The notes below the pieces were generated by a model that was not told the origin of the DNA, did no database searches, and worked only from the letters and a program-made list of their open reading frames with translations. 64,000 nucleotides of DNA from Lama guanicoe (taxonomy: Eukaryota), in assembly GCA_013239625.1 (NCBI GenBank), contig MU054098.1, positions 961,568 through 1,025,567 of the forward strand. Direction: 5' to 3'. Below are positions 37,965 through 51,194 of the stretch, piece by piece; positions within the stretch are counted from its first letter, which is position 1, and each line of letters opens with the position of its first letter. The position numbers and the translations under genes were made by a program.

Positions 37965-40900
37965 TATATAATTTTTTTCTTTTACAGATTCTTTTCCATT
38001 AATGTTATTACCAGATATTGAATATAGTTCCCTGTGCTATTTAGTAGGTCCTTGTTATTTATCTATTTTATATATAATAGTGTGTATATGCTAATCCCAA
38101 ACCCTTAATTTATCCCTCCCCCACCTCTTCTTCCCCCGTTGGTAACCATAAGTTTGTTTTCTATGTTTGTGACTCTATTTCTGTAAGTAAGTTGATTTGT
38201 ATCATTTTTTTTTAGATTCCACATATAAGTGATATCACAGGGTATTTGTCTTTCTCTATCTGACTAACTTCACTTAGTATGATAATTTCTGGGTCCATCC
38301 ATGTTGCCACAGATGACACTGTTTCATTTTTATGGCTGAGTAATATTTTATTGTGTGTATATATGCTACACCTACCTCATCCATTCATCTGTCGATGGAC
38401 ATTTACGTTGCTTCCATGTCTTGGCTATTGTAAATTGCACTGCTATGAACAGTGAGGTGCATGTATCTTTTAGAACTAGAAATTTGTGCAGATTTATGCC
38501 CAGAAGTGGGGGTCGCGGGATCATATGGTAACTGTATTTTTAGTTTTTTAAGGAACCTCCATATTTTTCTCCATAGTGGCTGCACAAATTTACATTCCCA
38601 CTAAAAGTATTGAAGGGTTCCTTTTTCTTCACACCCTCTCCATCATTTATGAATTGTAGACTTTTTGATTATGGCCATTTTGGCTAGTGTGAGGTCATAA
38701 CTCATTATGGTTTTGATTTGCATTTCTCTAACAATTAGTGATGTTGAGCATCTTTTCATCTGCCTGTTGGCCAACTGTATATCTTCTTTGGAGAAATGTC
38801 TACTTAGGTCTTCTGCACATTTTTGATTGGGTTGTCTGTTTTATTGATATTGACCTGTATGAGCTGTTTTTATATTTTGGAAATTAATCCTTTATCTGTC
38901 ACATGGTTTGCAAATATTTTCTCCCATTTTGTAGACTGTCTTTTCATCTTGTTTGTGGTTTTCTCTGCTGTGCAAAAGCTTTTAAGTTTAATGAGGTCTC
39001 ATTGTTTATTTTTGTTTTTATTTACATTACTCTAGGAGATCCAAAATAAAATATTGCTGCAATTTATGTCAAAGAATGTCCTGCCTGTGTTTTCCTCCAG
39101 GAGTTTTATAGTATCCAGTCTTACATTTAGGTCTTTAATCTATTTCTAGTTTATTTTTATATATGATGTTAGAGAATGTTCTAATTTCATTCTTATACAT
39201 GTAGCTGTCCAGTTTTCCCAGCACCACTTGTTGAGGTCTTTTCCCTATTGTATATTCCTGCCTCCTTTGTCATATATTAATGGATCATAAATGTATGGAT
39301 TTATTTCTGGGCTTTCTATCGTGTTCCATTGGTCTATGTGTCTGTTTTTGTGCCAGTACCATGCTGTTTTGATTACCATAGCTTTGTAGTATAGACTGAA
39401 GATAGACAGCATGATTTCTCCTGCTCTGTTCTTCTCTCTCAAGATTGTTATGGCTACTTGGGGTCTTTTCCATTTCCATACAAATTTAAAACATTTTTGT
39501 TCTAGTTCTATGAAAAAATGCCATTTGTAATTTGATAGGGATTGCACTGAATCTGTATATTGCCTTGAGTAGTATGGTCATTTTAACAATATTGATTCTT
39601 TCAATCCAAGAATACAGTATTTCTTTCCATCTGCATGTGTTATCTTCAATTTCTTTCATCTAGTCTTCAGGGTACAGGTCTTTGGCCTCCTTAAGTAGGT
39701 CTATTCCTTGATATTTTATTGTTTTTGATGCAATGGAAATGGGATTGTTTCCTTAATTTCTCTTTCTGATATTCTGTTCTTACTGTATAAAAATGCAAAT
39801 GATTTCTGTATATTAATTTTTTATCCTGCAACTCTATCAGATTCATTCATGAGCTCTAATAGTTTTCTGCTGGCATCTTTAGGATTTTCTATATGTAGTA
39901 TCATGTCATCTGCAGAGTGACAGTTTTATTTATTCTTTTCCAATTTGGATTCCTTTTATTTGTTTTTCTTCTCTGTTTGCTGTGGCTAGGACTTCCAAAA
40001 CTATGTTGAATAAAAGTGGCAAGAGTGGGCATCCTTGTCTTGTTCCTATCTTAGAGGGAATGCATTCAGTTTTTCACCATTGATTAAAATGTTAGATGTG
40101 GGTTTGTCATATATGGCCTTTGTTATGTTGAGGTATGTTACCTCTATACCAACTTTCTGGAGAGGTTTTAATCATAAATGAATGTTCAATTTTATCAAAA
40201 GCTTTATCTGCATCTATTGAAATGATCATACAGTTTTTATTCTTTAATTTGTTAGCGTGGTATGTCACATTGATTTGTGGATATTGAAAAATCCTTGCAT
40301 CACTGGAATAACTCCTACTTGATCATGGCGAATGGCCCTTTTAATGTTTTGTTGGAATAGGTTTCCTGGTATTTTGTTGAGGATTTTTGCATGTATACTT
40401 GTAAATGATATTAGCCTATAATTTTCTTTTTTGTGATATCTTTGGTTTTGGTGTCAGGTTAAGTAAGTTCAGAAGTGTTCCTTCCTCTGCAATTTTTTGG
40501 AATAGTTTCAGAAGGATAGGTGTTAATTCTTCTCTAAATGATGTTCGGTAGACTTCATCTGTGAAGTCATCTGGTCCTGGACTTGTTTGTTGGGAGTTTT
40601 TAAACTACAGACTCAATTTCAATACTGGTAATCAGTCTATTTATATTTTCTATTTCTTTCTGGTACAGTGTTGGGAAGTTGTACTTTTCTAAGAAATTGT
40701 CCATTTCTTCTAGGTTGTCCTTTTTGTTGATGTATAGTTGCTCAGAGTAGCCTCTTATGATCCTTTGCATTTCTCTGGTGTTGATTGTAACTCTCCTTTT
40801 TCATTTCTGATTTTATTGATTTGAGCTCTCTCCCTTTTCTTGATGAATCTGGCTAAAGGTTTATCAATTTTATTTATCTACTTAAAGAAACAGCTTTTAG

Positions 40901-42166
40901 TTTCATCGATCTCTTCTACTGTTTTTTTAGTATCTATTTCATTTATTTCTGCTCTGATGTTTGATTTCCTTCCTTCTACTAAGTTTGTATTTTATTTGTT
41001 CTCCTTTTTCCAGTTCCTTTAGGTGTATGACTAAGTTGTTTATTTCATATTTTTTCTTGTTTCCTGAGTTAAGCTTATATCACTATAAACTTCTCTCTTA
41101 CAACTGCTTTTGCTGCATACCATAGGTTTTGGATCATGTTTTCAGTTCTGCTATACAAAAATCTCATGGTAACCACAAAACAAATATCTGTAATAGATAT
41201 ACACAAAAGAAAAAGGAATCCACATATAACACTAAAGATGGGCATGAAATCACAAGAGAAGAGAACAAAGAAGAACAAAAGGGAAATAGACTTACAAATT
41301 TATATAAGACAATTAACAAAATGACAATAGGAATATACATATCTGTAATTACCCTAAATGTAAACAGCCTAACTGCTCCAACTAAAAGGTACAGAGTGGC
41401 TGAATGGATACAAAAACAGGACCCATATATATGCTTCCTGCAAGAGACTCATTTCAGATCTAGAGAAACACAGAGACTGAAAGTGAGGGGATGGAAAAAA
41501 GGTATTTCACACAAATGGAAATCAACAGAAAGCTAGATTTGCAATACTTCTATCAGACAAAAATTGACTTTAAATTAAAGACTGTTACAAGAGCCAAAAA
41601 AGGACACTACATAATGATCATGGGATTAACAAAGAAGATATAACAATTATAAATATATATGCACCCAGCATAGGACCACCTCAATATACAAGGCAAATGT
41701 TAACAGACAAAGGAGAATTTGACAGTAACACAATAATAGTGGGGGACTTTAACACCTCACTTACATCAATGGATAGATCATCCAGAGAATCAATAAGGAA
41801 AACCAGGTCTTAAATGACACATCAGACCAGATAAGTCTTAATGATCTTTATAAAACATTCTATCCAAAAGCAGCAGAATACATATTCTTTTCAAGTGCAC
41901 ACAGGACATTCTTCAGGACAGATCACATGCTGGGTCACAACGAAAGCCTTGGTAAATTTAATAAAACTGAAATTATATCAAACATCTTTTCTGATCACAA
42001 TGCTACAAGGCTAGAAATCCACTAGAAGAAAAAAAAACTGCAAAAAACACAAACCGGTGGAGACCAAACAATATGCTAGTAAATAATGAATGGATCACTG
42101 AAGAACTCAAAGAGGAAATAAAAAAAAATACCTGGAGACAAATGAAAATAAAAACACGATAATCCA
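37965..42166 (-). mobile_element. LINE-1 with ~1 kb 5' inversion (41148-42166 on + strand)
   Basis: Antisense 3'UTR and ORF2 back to MIQNLWYAAKAVVREKF (~41140). Then the sense inter-ORF spacer and ORF2 endonuclease (ISVITLNVNSLTAPTKRYRVAEWIQKQDPYICFLQETH). Confidence 0.92.
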
Positions 42167-44009
42167 TATTTTAAAAAATTGGATTGAAGTGATCTTGAAT
42201 TGCTAGTGCCATAGGTATGCAGCAGAAGAAAATGTAAATCCTTCCTGGTGGAAGATTGTTTCTTTAAATGAGTTCACAAAAACAATGGCCAGAGAAAAGT
42301 TAAAAACATAATTAGGCACAAAAGAAGAGAAGGTTTTGCTGAACAAAAATCAGCAGAAATACCAAATAATAGAAACAGACCAAAATGAGTTCTGGAGACA
42401 AACTAAAATCTATCTAAGAGAACTGATACTGGAGGAGGTTTTTGATTTTGTTTTTGTTTTTTGGTATCAACAATTCATCAATTTTAATTTTTTTTAGCCA
42501 GCTACTGAGAAATTTTGCAAATAGCTAGTAAAAGGAAATGATGCTTTCTTTATACTATTTTAATACGTTGAATCATTGTCTATGTTACATCTATGCAGCT
42601 TTCTCTGTCCTATTCTTGTATTCCCAGGGGCAAGAAATGTATCCACTGCACCAAATTGAATGATGTACACTAGGAATGCTGCTCCCTCTACTACACTTAT
42701 TGAAACATTGTCAAGCATCCTGTCTCTAAAAGAGATTGGCTTTTTGTAGCTTCCAATGTCTGACCAAATAGCTTAAGTTTCTGATGGGCCAATAACATCA
42801 ATCATTTATTTTTAGTAGGCAATCAAAACCAAAAATTTATATACCTCAAACAAGTACAGCTAATTGAAGTTAAGATACTAATGGAAGTTTGAACGTAAAT
42901 AAGACTGTCTGAAAGAAACAACACATCTGTTTGACAAGAGAAAAATAATATTGTCTAAAGTCACATAACATAAAGACTGTATTGTTATAAAATGGTCCAT
43001 ACTACCTTTAAATTTATTAAAGGCAAGAGAAAAGTGAAGAGAGGTAAATATAGTGCTCAAAAGATGCTGATATTGGAAGCTTGGCATGGGGTAGTGTCTG
43101 GCATGTGTCAGCGAAAGCCTTAGCTACTCACCAAGGGAGGGAAGTCCAAGCAGGTGAGTCCAAGTTTGAGGGCATCAGTCTAAGTCAGAGTAATGCTGTC
43201 CCAGACTAAAGGAGATATTTTGAAAGCATGAGGCATATCATTGCAATTTTTTTGTATTCTATGTATTATGTCTCTCAGTTGGCACAGCAAAAGCTCTTAC
43301 CTTTTAAGTTATCCTTTATTGAGCCAGAAAAATGAAAGGCCAGTCAAATCTTTGAGGAGGAATAAAGAGGAAAGCAAATAATTTGCACATGTAGTTCCCT
43401 TGCTTCTCTGATAACAGGCATTTTTTCAGTCCTAGTTAACAACTTCAGAAACTTGTAAATCTGTAAAAAGTAGGCAGTTACCAAGTACTGTCCCTCTTTC
43501 TCTGATACGTGTTGTTTTCCTAGATCCCTTCAATATCCTTGGTATCTTGATGACTTTACCTACTTAAAGAGGATTTGGAATATAAAAATGAGAACTAATT
43601 GTTATACCTTCAATTCCTAAATCATCTTAAACTGGCACTGAAAGTCTTGATAATTTGGTTCTCATCTATATTTTTAAAATACATCCTGAACTGTTTTTGG
43701 ATCTTCTTCTCAAAGTGTACCTTTTCTTACTCTGTCCCTAAGAAGAGATCTAAGTTCCCTAAGTATGAAGTCCCATTGACTTCAGTGGTCATCCCTTTAT
43801 GTTTTAACGGATCCTTTTGCTTCATACTTGGGACGATAAGTACCATGATCATTTTGGTATCACCTTACTGAACATATCACTTAAGTGCTTTAATTTTCCA
43901 GTTTCAGTGTACCTTACGGTTAATTTTTACCCTTGCAGCTCTCCTTCTTCCTTAAAATGGAGAGAACTTTTTACTTTTAACATAGATATTACTGTCAGAT
44001 GTGAGAGAC

Positions 44010-44112
44010 AATAGAGTATAGTGCTAAAGTGTTTGGATTCTAGAATGAAACGTTCTAGGTTTAAAACTCAGCACCACCATTTATGAGCTGTGTGACCTCA
44101 AGCAATTTATTT
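44010..44112 (+). mobile_element. MIR 5' fragment
   Basis: 'agagtatagtgctaaagtg...ggattctaga...ctaggtttaaaactcagcaccaccatttatgagctgtgtgacct'. Confidence 0.55.
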
Positions 44113-44152
44113 TAATCAGTTTCTGGGCAGTTGAATTGTTTCTAGATTTTTT

Positions 44153-44465
44153 TTAAGCAATAACACACAAAAAAGCTTTTATTAAATATTCTTATAAATC
44201 TATATTGACTTTTTCCTTTCATCTAATTTTTTTTCCAAAAGTAGTTAATAGCATTTTATTTTATGGTTCCATTTTTTTTAACATTTTTTATTGATTTATA
44301 ATCATTTTACAATGTTGTGTCAAATTCCAGTGTTCAGTACAATTTTTCAGTCATTCATGGACATATACACACTCTTTGTCACATTTTTTTCTCTGTGATT
44401 TATCATAACATTTTGTGTATATTTCCCTGTGCTATACAGTGTAATCTTGTTTATCTATTCTACAA
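44153..44465 (-). mobile_element. Young LINE-1 3'UTR tip (~190 bp) plus ~117 bp 3'-transduced sequence
   Basis: 44272-44467 is nearly the reverse complement of 9860-10054. TSD tttctagatttttt at 44139-52 and 44466-79. Confidence 0.9.
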
Positions 44466-44693
44466 TTTCTAGATTTTTTCTTATGAAAAAAATCTACTTT
44501 GAACATTTCATAAGGTTTGGTTTCCCTTTGTCTTGCTTATATACCTAATAGAATTTCAGGTCATATGGTAAGGGTATGTTTAAATTTTCAGAAACTGCCA
44601 AACTGTTTTCAAAAGTGGTTGCTCCATTTTATATTCTCACTATCAAGGTATGCAGGTTCCAGTTTCCCTACATCATCACTAACAATTGGTTTT

Positions 44694-45183
44694 GTTTTTT
44701 TCAATTGAAATACAGTCGATTACAATGTGTCAGTCTCTGGTGTACAGCACAATGTCCCAGTCATGCATATACATACATATATTCATTTTCATATTTTTCC
44801 ATTAAAGGTTATTACAAGATATTGAACATAGTTCCCTGTACTATAGAAAAGAAACATTTTAAAATCTATTTTTATATATAGTGGCTAACATTTGTAAATC
44901 TCAAACTCCCAAATTTATCCCTTCCCACCCCCTTTCCCCAGTAACCATAAGATTGTTTACTAAGTCTTCAAGTCTGTTTCTGTTTTGTAGACGAGTTCAT
45001 AGTGTTGTTTTTTTTTTTTAGATTCCACATATGAGTGATAGTATATGGTATTTTTATTTCTCTTTCTGGCTTACTTCACTTAGAATGACAATCTCTAGGT
45101 CCATCCATGTTGCTGCAAATGGCATTATTTTATTCTTTTTATGGCAGAGTAGTATTCCATTGTATACATATATCACAATTTCT
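44694..45183 (-). mobile_element. 5'-truncated LINE-1 3' end (similar subfamily to 5914-6554)
   Basis: 3'UTR is colinear with 5953-6440; ttggtttt repeated at 44686-93 and 45184-91. Confidence 0.88.
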
Positions 45184-45424
45184 TTGGTTTTTTTATTATA
45201 GCTATTTTAGTGGGTTTGTAGTGATATCTAATTGTGGTGGTGATTTGCATTTCCCAAGTAACTAAATATAGGTATCTTTTCATGTACTTATGTAGTAATT
45301 TGTATATCTTCTTTGGTGATGTTGATATGTCTATTTAAATAATTTGCCCATTTTAATTGTTTTTCTTATTATTCAGCTGTAAGAATATTTAACATATTCT
45401 ATATGTAAGACAATTATTTGTTAT

Positions 45425-45635
45425 CAGAGCTTAGTAAAATTTTTTCTGTAAAAGGTCAGAGAGTAAATGTTTTTTGCTTTGCGGGCCACCTGGTTAGCAT
45501 TGTAACATCTCAGCTCTGCCATAGTAGCATGAAAGCAGCCACAATACATAATCATAAGGGCATGACTATGTTCTAGTAAAACTTTAGTTATATAAAAATA
45601 AGCTGGTCCTTGGGCTGTAGTTTACTGACTCCTGA
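45425..45635. mobile_element. MER58A-like hAT-Charlie element
   Basis: 'ttttctgtaaaaggtcagagagtaaatg...gctttgcgggcca...ctcagctctgccatagtagcatgaaagcagcca...gggctgtagtttactgactcctg'. Confidence 0.75.
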
Positions 45636-46784
45636 GTTACAGGATTTGGAAATGCATTCTCCAAGGTCCAATGGATTATCATTCCATTTTCTTAATGGTA
45701 TCTATTGAAGTACCAAAGTTTTAAATCTAGATGATGTCCAATTTATCATTTTTTTCTTTTATGGATCATGCTTTTGGTGCCATATCTGAGAAATCTGTGC
45801 CTAATCAAAGGTCACAAATATTTTCTCATGTTTTCTTCTGGAAGTTTTATCATTTTAGTAATTAAATTTAAGTTTGTGATCTATTTTGAGTGATGTTTTG
45901 TGTAAACTGTGAGATAAGGTTATAAATTCATTATTATATAGATGGATATCCAGTTGTTCCAGCACCAGTTGATGCAAAGACTCTTCTTCACCCATTGACT
46001 TGCCTTGCAATCTCTGTTGGAAATCAACTTGTCAGAAATGTGAGGGTACATTTTCTAACCCTATTCTGTTTTACTGACATGTAAGTCCATTCTTTCACCA
46101 ATGTCACACTGTTTTGACTACAGTAGCTTTACAGGATATTTTGAAACCAGGCAGTATAAAGTAATCCATCTTAAAATTCTTATTTAAAAAAAAAACTGTT
46201 TCAGTTATTCTAGGTCCTGTTGATTTTCTGTTGTCTGTTCTATTGATTTCCACTTAATGTTTATTATTTCCTCCCTTTTTCTCACTTTGGGTATGATTTG
46301 TTTCCTCTTTTAGCTTCTTGTGATTGAAGCTTAGATAACTGAATATTTCTTCATTTCTAATATAAATGTTTGTGCATATAACTTTCCCTCTTAATGCCTT
46401 AGGTGCATCTCATATGTTTTGCTATGTTTCATTTTTGTTTCCATTCAGTTTGAGATGTATTCTAGTTTCCCTTTTGATTTCTTTTTGACCTGATGTTTAT
46501 TATAACTGTACTTGTTAATTTGTAAAATTTGAGGATTTTTCTAATTTCCTCTGCTGTTGTTTCTAATTCCATTGTAGTAAGAGAATGCGCTTTGTATGAT
46601 TTCAACCTTTTAAAATTTATTGAGACTTGTTTCATAGATTAGAATATGGTCTCTCATGGAGAATATTCTATGTACAATTGAAAAAAGTGTGTATTCTGCT
46701 GTCATTAGATGGAATGTTCCATACATGTCCCTTAAGTCAAAATGGTTAATAGTGTTGTTTAAGTATTCTATGTCTAAAATAATT

Positions 46785-48795
46785 TAGAAGAACAAGGCAA
46801 AGATGCTCACTTTCACCACTTCTAAATAACATTCTGCTGGAAGTTCTAGACAATTAGGCAAGGAAAAAAAAACATCCAAATTGGAAAGGAAGAAATAAAA
46901 CTACTCTACTTGTAGATGAAATGATCTTATATATAGAAAATCCTAAAGAATCTGCAATAAAATACTGGAAGTAATAAACAAATTCAGCAAAATTCCAGGA
47001 CATGAGACAAACATGCAAAAATCACTTGTGTTGTTACATAGAAGTGATAGACAATCTGAAAGGAAACTAAGAAAACAATTCCATTTATAAAACAATTCAA
47101 AATTTGAAATGTCTATATTTAAATTTAACCAAGGAAGTAAAATACATGTATACTTATAACCACAAAAAAAAATCCTAAGAATTTAAAGATCTAAATAAAT
47201 GGGATGGCATCCCATGTTTATGGGTTGGAAAACTAAATGCTGTTATGAGGGCAGTACTCTTCAAAATAACTTACAGATTCAATGTAATCTCTATGAAATG
47301 CAAATGGTCTTTTTACAGAAATAGATAAGTTGATCATAACATTACTATCGAATTACAAGTGACTCTGAGTAGCTAAATTAGTCTTGAAAAAGAACAAATT
47401 TGGAGGACCTAAACTGGCAATTAAACCAATGTGATAATGGTATAAGGATAGACCTATAGACCAGTGGAATAGAATGGGAATCCAAAATAGGAACATAAAT
47501 CAATGGGAAATTAATTTTCAACAAGGGCACAGAGACCCTTCAATGGGAAAAGAATAGTTCCTTCGACAAATAGTGCTGGACCAAGTAGATAGCCACATTC
47601 AAAAGACTTTTGAATGCTACCTCACACTTTATACAAAAACTAAGTCAACAAGGATCAAATATTTAAATGTAAGACTTAAGACTATACAATTCATGCTAGA
47701 AAACAGGAATAAATTTTCCTGACCTTGCATTTGACAGTGATTTCTTAGAAATGACAAAAAACCACAAGCAACAAAAGGAAAAAATAGATGAATTAGACTT
47801 CATCAAAATTAAATCTTTTGTGCACCAAATTACACTATCAAGAGAGTAAAAGAAATACAGAATGGGAGAAAATATTTGAAAATCATATATCTTATCAGAG
47901 TCTAACATCCAGAATACATATATATATATACATCTATCTATCTATCTACAACACAACAACAAAAGAACATCCAATTTAAAGATGGGCCAAGGACATGAAT
48001 AGACATTTCTCCAAAGAAGACATACAAATGGATCAACATTATTAGTTATTAGGGAAATGCAAATCAAAACCACAATGACATACCACTTCATGGGCACTGG
48101 GACAGATATAATAAAAAACACAGTGAAAGCAAATATTGATGAGGATCTAGAGGAATTAGCTCTGTCCTATGTTGCTGGTAGGAATGTAAAATGGTGTAGC
48201 TACTATGAAAAAGTTTGGTGGTTTCTCAAAAACAAACAAAATTACCATGTGGCCCAGCAATTCAATTCCACTCCTAGATATGTACCCAACAGAATTGAAA
48301 GCAGATGCTTAAACTGGTATTTGTACAAAAATGTTATATAGCGGCCCTATTCATAATAGCTAAAAGTTGGAAACTATCCAACTGTCCAACAATTTATGGA
48401 TAAATAAAATGTAGTTTATTTATACAATAGAATATCATTTAGCCTTAAAAAGGAATGAACTTCTGATACTACAACATGGATGAGTCATGAAAATATTTTC
48501 TTAGTGAGGGAAGTCAGGCAGAAAGGCTATATGTTAAATAAATCCATTTATATGAAACATCAAGTATAGGCAAATTCTTAAAAACAGAAAGCAGATTAGT
48601 AGTAGCTAGAAGCTGGGTAGAACGGGAAATGGCCGATGACTACTTAATGGTAAGGGGTTTGCTTTTGGGGTGATGAAAATGTTCTGGAAGTAGAGAGTGA
48701 TTATAGTTGCAAAACATTGTGAATTTACTAAATGCCATTGAATTATACACCTTAAATGGTTAAATTTTATGTGTATTTTGCAACAATATTAAAAC
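46785..48795 (+). mobile_element. Old LINE-1 (L1MB-like), RT region to 3'UTR
   Basis: Degraded 'gaacaaggcaaagatgctcactttcaccac' ([10 protein letters not shown] region), 'gtagatgaaatgatc' (ADDM-like) and MQIKTTMTYH, followed by the 3'UTR. Confidence 0.85.
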
Positions 48796-50981
48796 TCAAA
48801 GCATAAAAAAAGTAGATCTCAATTTGCTTGTGTTCTTTAAATATTTACTTCCAGAGCTCTTATTTGTTATTAATGGTAAGGTTAGTCTTATATATAACAC
48901 TTCCCTTATTGGAAATGAAATATGACCAACACCGTTGATACCTGTGTCAGTACTCTTCGTATGAGCCTATACTTTAAGTGCTAATTCTTTCTTTTGTTGA
49001 GACATTTGTTGTCTTGGTAGATTCTTTGTTGGTTCTGGGTAGATTCCTCCATAGGGGAGCTCTTCTGACAGTTTTGAGTTATGAATGATGTACTTCTTTA
49101 TTGATTCCTTATGATTACTTTTCATCCAGATCCTAGTATCTGACATAATAACTATTTGGGGGATTACCAACGATGCTGGCAGTCTCCTTAGCAGAATCCA
49201 TTTCAGGACAACCCAGTTTTGCTTACTCCAAGAAGGCTCATAACTGTTCCATGCTAAATGTGTACCTTTGCACCATCATTGGTGGAAGTGAAGCTTGCTC
49301 TGAACACTTTCCCCATGTCTCTCCTCTGCAGCTACTGGCTTATCAAGTCAAAATGTACATGCCTCTAGTCTTGTTTCAAAAATGAATTTTTTGCTAGCCC
49401 TTCTATAACTTGGCAATAGGTACTTTCTGCTGGCAAGCCAATTTTTAAAATATTTTATGACCATTTTACAATATCTTAACATGTTCTGGTCTACCATCTT
49501 AAGCATATGAGCCTATTTAACCTCTATTTTGTTGTTCTCTTAACTTTTAAGTCTGCTGAAACTCTGAGTATACAGGAAAAGTCATATATAACACCATGTT
49601 TTGTTAATAAAAATCTCCCCCTTGATGGTACTTTTCTCCCCAAATTTTGTTTTCTTTTTGTTAGACATATCAATTTAGATTTTGCTCAGCTTCTCTTATC
49701 TTTCATTTTCACAGTAATCATTCTGTTTAGCAAACTAAGGAACTTCCTTAAGATCTACACTTCTCATCAGATCACAAAGTATTGTAAATAACAACTTTCC
49801 TTTATATATATATATATATATATTTTACTCTGATAATTCTCTATTTTTTAAAATTAGAAAAAAGCAGCTTCTGGACAGAGTATAACTAGAGGGCTGTTCC
49901 TTTGGAAACAGTATGTCCATTTTCTCTGCTGATTGGTAGTTTCTATTATATAAATACCTTATCTGACAAATAAACAATTGATATATTTATTATGTGCACT
50001 ATGAAATACCTGTAGCTTTTTCACAACCTGTTGCCATTATAGGAGTAAAGTTTATTTGTAATATTCTAGAGTCTTTATCTCTTTCCTAATATCATCTTAT
50101 ACCAAATCACTTAAAAAGCTCCATATACATTGCTGTTTTCTTTTTGATTTGGAGAAAGAATCAGGGTGAAAGCCGACAATGTGATTTACTTCATGCTGCA
50201 CAGAAAATTCACTAATGGAGCCAACATAGGGTGCTCTGTTATTCCCAGTAATTGCTGTTATCCAAGCTAAATTATGTTATATTACCTGTGAAGTTTGAAT
50301 AAAAAACAAACATTGTCTGGGGGGTTTTTGAAAATATTTTCTAACTCTAAAGAAAGGAAGAGGTTTTCTTTAATTCAATTTTGCTTATTTCTTTTGGACC
50401 AAGTTATCACAGTCACCCTTATGATCTACCTTGGTCTTCTGAAATGTGATTTCTATACTTCTTTATACCTCCTAAATAAACTGCTTAATTTAGTTGAAAA
50501 AAGAAAACTCAGCAAAATGACTAATGTAATATGGTATGATTATTTACACTATTATAATGTAATTAATGTAATAAATAGATAAATCTACATTAAAATTTCT
50601 ATACAATACATTCTCACATTTAATAAAAGTGGTAAAGTTTATGGAGGGTGATAGCAAATCTATCTTTCACTGCATAAACACTCAGGTCAAATATAAAAGA
50701 GGAAAAAAGCGGAAACAGTTTCACAGGCTCAAGTGACTGAGTGCCTTAGGCATTTTGCTGATCTTTAAATACACTGTCAGTCAAGTAAATCTATAAACTG
50801 CATGACTAGAGTGTATAATAAGCTTTAGTTTTATTTGAAAAATTTCCTAGATTCCTTCTACCACTTGTGAATTGCTGTATAGTGCACCTACAACGTGAAA
50901 GACAGAACAACACATTTCAGAGCATCGTAGAGAATTGAATATTGTTTAACCTAGAGGGTTTGAGACCATCTTTTTAAATAG

Positions 50982-51119
50982 TTGCCATACTCCACTGCAC
51001 GTAAGTATTATCTGAGGACCTTTTTAATATATACATGCTTATGCTCATCTTTGCCATACTCCACTGCACGTAAGTATTATCTGAGGACCTTTTTAATATA
51101 TACATGCTTATGCTCATCT
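50982..51119. repeat. Perfect 69-bp tandem duplication
   Basis: 50982-51050 is identical to 51051-51119; 'ttg' recurs at 51120-22. Confidence 0.97.
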
Positions 51120-51194
51120 TTGGTGTTAGAATTAATTTTGGTCAGGTTGGAGAGATGGGGTAGGTGATAACATCACTGCTTTAGTAGAAACTTA

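Larger units (their letters stand above)
44120..46775 (-). mobile_element. Old LINE-1 (L1MB/L1MC-like) hosting two young L1 3' ends and a MER58
   Basis: Antisense ORF2 motifs continue across the nested insertions ('gatttgcatttccc', 'ggatatccagttgttccagcacca', 'ttaaaatttattgagacttgtt'). Confidence 0.7.
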
